Of a DNA stretch of 64,000 nucleotides, positions 30,180 to 37,142 are shown piece by piece. The notes under the pieces are model-generated. The model was not told where the DNA came from, searched no databases, and saw nothing but the letters and a program-made list of their open reading frames with translations. Numbering within the stretch: the stretch's first letter is position 1; each line of letters begins with the position of its first letter. The stretch comes from a virus (Duplodnaviria; Caudoviricetes), in the IMG/VR virus record IMGVR_UViG_3300037067_015585, positions 128,001 to 192,000 of that record; one strand, 5' to 3'. Made by a program: the position numbers and the translations under genes.

Positions 30180-31543
30180 CCACGCCAATCTTCTTCTGGT
30201 TCATCTTCTTCTGGCCTATATTCATCAGGTTCATATTCACCAATATCAAATTCTTCTGGTTCAACCATTAAATCATTTAATAGTTGTTTGGCGTTTTCTG
30301 GATCATCAACAACCGCAGCGATAATCTTCTGTAAATCGTCTGGTGGCTGCTTTGAGAGGGCTACATAGAGATCTGATAGAGACAATTCACGCGGCTTGAT
30401 TTTCAAGAATCTACGCCACATCTCTGGGCCGACCTGCATTAAATATGGCTCGTGCTTGATATCATCAGCATGTTTTAGAACTGTCTTAGTAGTCGGCTCA
30501 TCAAGATCTGCTAATCCGTGATGGCTAAGTAATTCAGCAACACCTTTATTCATTTCTTGTGCTAATACTGGGAAAACAATACCGCGAGCTTGAACAGTGG
30601 GTTCACCGCCTTCCTCTTCAGGATATTCGACCTTTGCAGAGCCCACAGCCATAGCACCCAAATTCGCAAACATCGCTGGAATATCAATCAACCAATACAT
30701 TCCATGCGACCCAGAAGATATCTGATCATACAATCTGAGCAATCGTGGATCTATTGCCTCTATTTCTTTATCAATAGCATGATGCATAGATAGCATAGCG
30801 TGAATTGCCGATCCATGAGTCATAGCGTTCAAAGTCAAGCGCTTGTTGATATGCTTACGAGTCATATCGTCAATTTCTTCCTGGCCTTCTTCTTCAGCAC
30901 CAAGATCCTCGTCGGCCTCATTCTCTTCAACGTCGCCAGTCAGACGACCATTCAACATCTCCTCTGGAATATGCCAAATCTTACATGTAATTGTCTTGGC
31001 TAGTTCTACCAATTCATCTTCATGTGTCGCTTCGATACGCATGATTTGCTGAACAACGCGCATCATATTCCCCATATTTGCGCCAGAAGCCTTAGAACGC
31101 TGATCAGTGTGTTCCCACGATTTGCGTGACAAGTCATCGCCAGACATAGCGAAAATTGGATGTTTTCCTAATGTATGCTCGCGATTTTGACGCAAGCCAC
31201 GCCAAAAATCTTGGGTACCAGGCTCTACTTCATCCTCGTAGGCTTCCGTCATAAGTTGTGCAAGTAGATTTGGTGCAGTATAGTTTTTAGGCTGTGGTAA
31301 TTGCTTTGGCCTAGGAGGATTCCAGGGTTTGTGCTCTGGGGGCTGCTTGGGCTTTGGTATTGTGCCTGGTTTAACAGGCGTAGTAGTCTGATTTTTAGGC
31401 TGTGGTAATTGCTTTGGCCTAGGAGGATTCCAGGGTTTGTGCTCTGGGGGCTGCTTGGGCCTTACTGGGGTCTTGACAGGGGGTGCAACTGGCGATGCAG
31501 TACCTTCTAAGATCTTCGATAGTGTTTTGTCGAAATATACCAT
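30176..31543 (-). CDS. Phage hypothetical (putative virion) protein with Pro-rich duplicated N-terminus and acidic tail
   Basis: 455-aa ORF; MVYFDKTLSKILEG N-terminus. Confidence 0.7.
   Translation of the reverse strand: MVYFDKTLSKILEGTASPVAPPVKTPVRPKQPPEHKPWNPPRPKQLPQPKNQTTTPVKPGTIPKPKQPPEHKPWNPPRPKQLPQPKNYTAPNLLAQLMTEAYEDEVEPGTQDFWRGLRQNREHTLGKHPIFAMSGDDLSRKSWEHTDQRSKASGANMGNMMRVVQQIMRIEATHEDELVELAKTITCKIWHIPEEMLNGRLTGDVEENEADEDLGAEEEGQEEIDDMTRKHINKRLTLNAMTHGSAIHAMLSMHHAIDKEIEAIDPRLLRLYDQISSGSHGMYWLIDIPAMFANLGAMAVGSAKVEYPEEEGGEPTVQARGIVFPVLAQEMNKGVAELLSHHGLADLDEPTTKTVLKHADDIKHEPYLMQVGPEMWRRFLKIKPRELSLSDLYVALSKQPPDDLQKIIAAVVDDPENAKQLLNDLMVEPEEFDIGEYEPDEYRPEEDEPEEDWRG
31284..31460. repeat. 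Exact 69-bp intragenic direct repeat (31284..31352, 31392..31460)
   Basis: Encodes PKQPPEHKPWNPPRPKQLPQPKN twice. Confidence 0.92.
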
Positions 31544-31591
31544 GGATGTTCCTAGCTAGAGACAAATTTCCCATAAAAAGATTTGCACATA

Positions 31592-33466
31592 ATGCTACTC
31601 AGCAATTTGTACTTATTAGAAGCACTTGATCCTGTCGCTAACGCTTTCGCGAAATTTGGTAAGAATGCTGTAAACATTGCCAAGAAGGTACATGACAATC
31701 ACCCCAATCTAGATTACGAAGAGCTTGCTAAGCAGTTATTGCAACAGGCTATAGAGACTGATCCAGACCCAAAGAAGAAGAGCGTAGGATGGATATTGAA
31801 GCAAGTTGGAAATAAAGCAATCATTCTACCAGACGACGCACATGCAATAAACGAGCTGTTGAGGCGGTTTGTCGAACAGAAGAGAGTTGGTCGATTGCCA
31901 GAACCAGATCTTAATAAACATACGGTCGATAGCGCGAGAGATATGCTTGATCAGCTTGGTGATGTCGAGAGCAAACGACAAGGCGGTTTGGGCTTCGATC
32001 CATCTAAAAAGCCTGGTGTTAAAGTTTATGCGAGTAGTGGTCCTTATGTCATCTTGCGGTCTACCAATGCAGAATCGCTCGCCGAAATAGGAGAAGGTAG
32101 TATTTGGTGTACGCGTAAAAGTTATGGTAGTGGTTCGATGGCACCATCATATCTTAATAGATTCGGTGCTATCTACACCATTTTCAAAGATGGTAAGCAA
32201 CTTGCACAATATACTCCAAACTATGCAGAGGTTCAAGGAGCTAAAACGACATCTCGATTTGCGCCAACAAAAGAATTGGCTAAACTAATGGCTCCAGATC
32301 CCGACATATTATCAGGCAAGATTCAAGGTACAGGTCTAAATCTAGTTGATGTTCGTACAAATTATTCTGCGTTGACGGGAATAACAGATCCCGAAACCGA
32401 AAAATTATTGCTAAAAGAGCTGAAAGCAGCAAAGCCAGATGGGCGTATAGATTCAGCACGAGGGTCGATTTCAGTTAGCATCTATCATTGTACCAATTAT
32501 ATATCAAAGTTCGGCGATGATATACCATTTATCAAAGAGTTTATAGATACAGTACGATCAACCCATCCGCGTGCAATTGGCCAGATGGTTACGTCATTAG
32601 TTACCCATATTGCAGGTCGAGAGAAAATTCCGGATGCATTAATAGATATTATTGCAGAAACACACGATAATAAAGCTGCCATAATGCTAGCAAAGAGTTC
32701 GAAGAAGCGTTACCCGCAATTTGAGCAGGATTGGTTATTAGACGATCTCGATAACGCTATAAGCTATACCGCCGCGACAGCATTAGTTATTCCGGGGCTA
32801 TTAAATAGAATAATTAAAGAAGGTACCATAGGCCAAATGTTGGCCTATGGTATACCGCTATATAAAGCACGCAAACTAGATGTTGATGCATTAGATAAGG
32901 TGTTGTCTACTAAAATCAATAATCAAGACGACGCTAATCTGGTGAGCAAGTTTGCGAGTGAGATAGGAATGACGCCACACATCGCAAAGCGTATAATGAC
33001 TAGTCAAAACCCTGGTTTTATTATAGTTTATTGTGGTGCTATTGGTAAAGCGTTACCAGGAGCAGATGAAGACATTCTTCGGTTTGGAGAAGCAGCAGAT
33101 GTTTGGAAGTGGATGCAATTTGTAAAAAAATATAACTGGCCCGAAGCAGAGGCAATACTAGCACATGATGCGCGATATGCCAATAAGTTTGTGCGAGCCA
33201 CTGGTCGAAAACCAAGGAACAAAGGAGATGAAAGAGATGTAAAGCCAAAGACACCAAAAGAAGCTTTGCATTTCGCATTGGCAACCGGCGATGAATATCC
33301 AGATGGTGAAAGCCTTATACTTCAAGATTTGGATGTCGCTATAGATTACGCAGAACACATAATTGGACCATGGGCAGAATTAGAACAGAAATTACGAGAA
33401 GAAGGCACACCAGAGCAAAAAGCAAACTACCTACATAAAGTGCTGTATGATATAGAACCAGATTAG
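31592..33466 (+). CDS. Large phage hypothetical protein with helical repeats (putative virion protein)
   Basis: MLLSNLYLLEA start, DPDP...WI, GSIWCT; repeated WPEAE-like units. Confidence 0.65.
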   Translation: MLLSNLYLLEALDPVANAFAKFGKNAVNIAKKVHDNHPNLDYEELAKQLLQQAIETDPDPKKKSVGWILKQVGNKAIILPDDAHAINELLRRFVEQKRVGRLPEPDLNKHTVDSARDMLDQLGDVESKRQGGLGFDPSKKPGVKVYASSGPYVILRSTNAESLAEIGEGSIWCTRKSYGSGSMAPSYLNRFGAIYTIFKDGKQLAQYTPNYAEVQGAKTTSRFAPTKELAKLMAPDPDILSGKIQGTGLNLVDVRTNYSALTGITDPETEKLLLKELKAAKPDGRIDSARGSISVSIYHCTNYISKFGDDIPFIKEFIDTVRSTHPRAIGQMVTSLVTHIAGREKIPDALIDIIAETHDNKAAIMLAKSSKKRYPQFEQDWLLDDLDNAISYTAATALVIPGLLNRIIKEGTIGQMLAYGIPLYKARKLDVDALDKVLSTKINNQDDANLVSKFASEIGMTPHIAKRIMTSQNPGFIIVYCGAIGKALPGADEDILRFGEAADVWKWMQFVKKYNWPEAEAILAHDARYANKFVRATGRKPRNKGDERDVKPKTPKEALHFALATGDEYPDGESLILQDLDVAIDYAEHIIGPWAELEQKLREEGTPEQKANYLHKVLYDIEPD

Positions 33467-33470
33467 ACTA

Positions 33471-33920
33471 TCAAATCTCACGTATAGACTCAATATTTTC
33501 TGGTCTTATTGTTATTATTTTTCTGAATAACGGATAGGTCACTAGATTGCGGTGTAGATCATAATAATACGATGGGCTCTCGCACGGCTGATTCATACAT
33601 TCGACATAATGTCTGTTGCAATTTTCGCATATTCCTTCTAGATCAACGCCAGTTGCCGGATCTTGATGTGATGTTGGTACATAGCGAGGTGGACCATAGA
33701 AATCTCGCAACTTCTTAACAATACCAGCCGGATTATTATTTTTGTGTACTTTCTCATATCGCCCAGGCCCTATACCGACTACTACGACAGTTTTCCCAGT
33801 TTTGGTCTTCACCGTCCTTATATGGTCAGCCTCTATGACTGTACCACGTTTCATAGTTATAATTGATCTCTTCGAAATGCGCGTTTCCAATATTGCGGAT
33901 AGTCGATCGTTGAACTTCAT
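33471..33920 (-). CDS. RT-locus small protein A (paralog of 34106..34489, with Cys-rich insertion)
   Basis: Shared ADH, GxxPG, RDFYxPxR, F(R/Q)KIITIxxEN. Confidence 0.8.
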   Translation of the reverse strand: MKFNDRLSAILETRISKRSIITMKRGTVIEADHIRTVKTKTGKTVVVVGIGPGRYEKVHKNNNPAGIVKKLRDFYGPPRYVPTSHQDPATGVDLEGICENCNRHYVECMNQPCESPSYYYDLHRNLVTYPLFRKIITIRPENIESIREI

Positions 33921-33927
33921 AATAAAA

Positions 33928-34081
33928 AAGACTGTCGTAAATTTGGCAGTGCAAAACTAGGACTACGGCTAAAACCGTCAGGTTTTAGATGACATGTGCT
34001 TCTGCACCATTGAACACCTCCCCAAGGCGTGACACGGACATCAATAGCTTCGAAGCGTCAGGGAAAATTTACGACAGTCTT
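33928..34081 (-). ncRNA. RT-associated structured element, copy 1 (154 nt)
   Basis: Perfect 17-bp terminal inverted repeat 33928..33944/34065..34081; core shared with copy 2; U-tract after the stem on the minus strand. Confidence 0.75.
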
Positions 34082-34105
34082 GTCTCCTTGTTTTTGTGAA
34101 TAAAT

Positions 34106-34489
34106 TTAGAGCCACTTAAACGCTCGAACATTCTCTTTGTGAATGGTGATAATCTTCTGAAATTTTGGTCTAATTATTGGCAACGTTTTGGCATTATACA
34201 TACCATTTTTATCTGGCTCATCCCACCCATCTTTACCAAACTGGGTATGGCGCGTAGGTGCATAGAAATCACGCATTTCAAGCATAGGACCACGAGCACT
34301 TCTACCGGAGCGAACATATTCAGTTCCACCAGGTCTCAAACCAATAGCCAAATAAATGCTCCCGTTTTCTCTTTTTATCCACCGAGCATGATCTGCTCTA
34401 ATTTCAACACCACGCGCAGTCATTACCAACGCCGGACGCATTCTATTAGTATTTTCAAAAATAGCAGATAGTTGCTGATCGAAATTCAT
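34106..34489 (-). CDS. RT-locus small protein B (paralog of 33471..33920)
   Basis: As for protein A. Confidence 0.8.
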   Translation of the reverse strand: MNFDQQLSAIFENTNRMRPALVMTARGVEIRADHARWIKRENGSIYLAIGLRPGGTEYVRSGRSARGPMLEMRDFYAPTRHTQFGKDGWDEPDKNGMYNAKTLPIIRPKFQKIITIHKENVRAFKWL

Positions 34490-34526
34490 GTTGGTAGTCG
34501 CAGTATTGTAGATAACTTATGAAAAA

Positions 34527-34676
34527 GGGCATTACAAGTTTGGCAGTTCGAAAACTAGTATTACGGCATGAATCGTTAGATCCATACTGGCATGAATCTC
34601 TATACCATCAACGGCCTCCCCAAGGCGTGGCACGGTGTCGATAGCTTCGAGACAACGGGGAAAACTCATAACACCC
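34527..34676 (-). ncRNA. RT-associated structured element, copy 2 (150 nt)
   Basis: 15-bp terminal stem 34527..34541/34662..34676 whose four mismatches are all G-U on the minus strand; covarying inner stems; U-tract. Confidence 0.75.
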
Positions 34677-34691
34677 AAAATAATTTTTCCA

Positions 34692-36062
34692 ATGATTACT
34701 ATTAACGATTGTTTCAAGCAACTACCGTTTGACCGTGCGGCCATTTTTGTCATGTCTAAGGTGGCTTTCGACAAGAATAGAGGATTCACAAAATCATTAG
34801 ATGGTGAAACTTTTTGGCAGTTCGCACGCAAGTTAGACCGTACATTAGATTCCTTAAATCGTGATATTGTCTCTAATAATTATGTGTTCAATCCCTACAG
34901 AGAATATATACGTGTTCGCTCTGGCAAAGAACGCAAAATCTATATCTCAACGTGGTCCGACAAGATTGTAGAACGCTGGTTGGCGACGGCCATTGGCCAA
35001 TCACTGAGCAAATGGTTCTCAACAAGTTCTTATGCCTACAGAGCAGGTGCCCTTGGTGTTGATCAATGTCAATCCAAGGTAGCAAAAACAGTCAAACAAT
35101 GTAAGTTCTTTGCAAAGCGTGATATTACACAATTTTTCTATAATATTAATCACGATATTCTACTAGAGCAGCTACAAAGATTATTCGACAAGAATATGTT
35201 ACGACTATTAGAACAGCGCGTTAAATTCAATTATGGTACAGACTTAAATAATATTAAATGTGCTGATCTAGGGGTTCCTTTTGGTAGTCCATTAGCGTGC
35301 GTCTTAGCCAACATCCATCTGACAGATTTAGATAAGGATATGTGTCTACCAGGTATTCATTATTTTCGATATGCAGACGACTTTCTTGTAGCTGGCGATG
35401 ACCCAGAAGTAGTCTTACAAGCAGCAGTTCGTATGGACTCGGAAATAGAGAGACTCGGGCTAACGTTCAAAGCGTCTCACACTCAGAACTTCTCGTTTAT
35501 ACCGTATGATGGATTTGATACCGTCAAGCGATTCAAGTTCTTGGGATTAGAGTTTTCAGATAAAGCAGTTAAGCTGCCAATAGAGAAACAACGTAAAATT
35601 ATCAATTTCTTTAAACGTGGTTTAAAATCTGATAAATATAGCATTAGAAATGCAAAAGACAAGGTTGCTGAATCAGTTGCATCCACTAATCGAGTCGTTT
35701 CGAAACGTATCCGTTCTGTAGCAATCATCGATTACTATCTAAAACATACAACCGACGAGCAGCAATTGAAGAATATGGACAGAATAATTGCAGAACTTGT
35801 AGTCTCTGCTGCTCTAGATAAAAAATTTCGGAAGAGCGATTTTAGAAAAGTACCATACGAACGACTTAGACAGCTTGGTTTAGTGTTATTGGTACACCGG
35901 CATAAGTTACATGCACACAAACATATCAAAATACCATTCTTATCATTATATGACAGCCTATTATTGGAACGCATGGAATTACTAGCCATCAGAAACCGAG
36001 ATCGCATTAATAAGATCAAATTATCTCGAAAACTCCAAAAAATTGAGCGTGATAAGAAATGA
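34692..36062 (+). CDS. Stand-alone group II intron-like reverse transcriptase
   Basis: RT0-like SLDGETF, KERKIYI..W.DKIV, SYAYR, RDITQFFYNINH, GVPFGSP...LANIHL, YADD (35370..35381), FKFLG, maturase-X-like thumb; ATG 34692 preferred over GTG 34635, which lies inside the element. Confidence 0.92.
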   Translation: MITINDCFKQLPFDRAAIFVMSKVAFDKNRGFTKSLDGETFWQFARKLDRTLDSLNRDIVSNNYVFNPYREYIRVRSGKERKIYISTWSDKIVERWLATAIGQSLSKWFSTSSYAYRAGALGVDQCQSKVAKTVKQCKFFAKRDITQFFYNINHDILLEQLQRLFDKNMLRLLEQRVKFNYGTDLNNIKCADLGVPFGSPLACVLANIHLTDLDKDMCLPGIHYFRYADDFLVAGDDPEVVLQAAVRMDSEIERLGLTFKASHTQNFSFIPYDGFDTVKRFKFLGLEFSDKAVKLPIEKQRKIINFFKRGLKSDKYSIRNAKDKVAESVASTNRVVSKRIRSVAIIDYYLKHTTDEQQLKNMDRIIAELVVSAALDKKFRKSDFRKVPYERLRQLGLVLLVHRHKLHAHKHIKIPFLSLYDSLLLERMELLAIRNRDRINKIKLSRKLQKIERDKK

Positions 36063-36063
36063 T

Positions 36064-36858
36064 ATGAATAAGCAGATATCAATAATCATACCAATTGGGA
36101 GACAATTTAGCGGCCTACCAATGCCAGAACGTGAAAAATCGTTCATATTCTCTATAGAGAATTTTTATAAAAAACATGTAAATTCTGAGATCATAGTTGT
36201 AGCACAAGACTACCAACTACCAGCAATTGATGGTATTAAGATAATCAAAATAAGCAGCCCAATATTTAATAAGGGCTGGTGTATCAATGTTGGAGTAAAA
36301 GCAGCGAAAAATGAATATGTTTATATATGTGAATCTGAAATGTATTCATCTGAACCATATCTAAATAATGTTAGCGACTTTATGTTCGAAAAGAATCTCA
36401 AATGGTGCTTCGCTTGGAATACATTATGTTATACTTCAGAACAGCAGCGAAACCAAATAATGCAAAATATGCCATGCATTAGAGAATATAATAGAGAACC
36501 ACATATAATGAAAACAGAAGGTGGAATAGTAGCGTTTGATAAAGACTTTTTCTTAAATATTGGTGGTTTTAATGAATGGTTCGAATTACTTGGGGGAATC
36601 GACAATGAAATCGCATATCGAGCATTTATGAGATCTGGTACATACCAAAGGTACAAACACGCCATAGATCATTTATGGCATCCTAGAAGTGAGAGTAAGA
36701 ATGTGAAACCATATTTTACTAAAAATGTAAAATTATGTAGTTTCACGATTAGATATGTAAAAGAAGTAAATGCATTTCTAGCAAAACAAGATTTTGGTAA
36801 TCCTATGCATCCATTATGCATAACAAAAACGTTTGAAGAGGCGTGGGGAAATGCGTAG
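36064..36858 (+). CDS. GT2/GT7-like glycosyltransferase
   Basis: ISIIIP, FNKGWCINVG, IGGFNEWF..LGGID, HLWHP. Confidence 0.8.
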   Translation: MNKQISIIIPIGRQFSGLPMPEREKSFIFSIENFYKKHVNSEIIVVAQDYQLPAIDGIKIIKISSPIFNKGWCINVGVKAAKNEYVYICESEMYSSEPYLNNVSDFMFEKNLKWCFAWNTLCYTSEQQRNQIMQNMPCIREYNREPHIMKTEGGIVAFDKDFFLNIGGFNEWFELLGGIDNEIAYRAFMRSGTYQRYKHAIDHLWHPRSESKNVKPYFTKNVKLCSFTIRYVKEVNAFLAKQDFGNPMHPLCITKTFEEAWGNA

Positions 36859-37099
36859 TATATTGCCACAAAACGAAGAAAAAGCAATAAAAGCAGCTTG
36901 GTCTATTGTTGTTTGGATCGATGGTTGTTTAAATAGTGGATGTAAATGTGACTGTAATAAGCCACTTGACGAAGCTAAGCTTGTGCTGGCGACCTTAGAG
37001 CAATATAAATCCGAACTACATGATTGTGATATAAAAATCGCAGAATTAGGAATTGAGAACGAGAAACTAAAAAAGATTAAGAAGATACTCGACGGCTAA
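36851..37099 (+). CDS. Small hypothetical coiled-coil protein
   Basis: ORF coupled to the upstream gene. Confidence 0.5.
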   Translation: MRSILPQNEEKAIKAAWSIVVWIDGCLNSGCKCDCNKPLDEAKLVLATLEQYKSELHDCDIKIAELGIENEKLKKIKKILDG

Positions 37100-37142
37100 C
37101 AAGTTCGTATTTGAGATGTGAATTCTCCAATATAGGACTACC

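Noticed and set aside
33990-34628. DRT2/Neo-like endless ORF from the 40-nt unit
   Set aside because: The copy 1 concatemer is stop-free on one strand, but copy 2 has stops on both strands, so it is not conserved
34532-34831. 99-aa minus-strand ORF across element 2, and the GTG-34635 extension of the RT
   Set aside because: Overlaps the RT start and the structured element; the homologous copy 1 has indels relative to it, arguing against coding
33928-36062. Classical retron (a1/a2 inverted repeats upstream of an RT)
   Set aside because: RT lacks NAxxH and VTG motifs and has a group II-like RT0 and thumb; wobble pairs put the fold on the strand opposite the RT. Kept only as an analogy.
3521-36062. 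Diversity-generating retroelement using the fibre-gene repeats or the two elements as TR/VR
   Set aside because: Mismatches are not adenine-specific (synonymous or compensatory instead), there is no Avd-like gene, and the RT lacks DGR motifs
34527-36100. Group II intron
   Set aside because: No domain V/VI after the ORF (next gene starts after a 1-nt gap) and no several-hundred-nt domain I-III upstream
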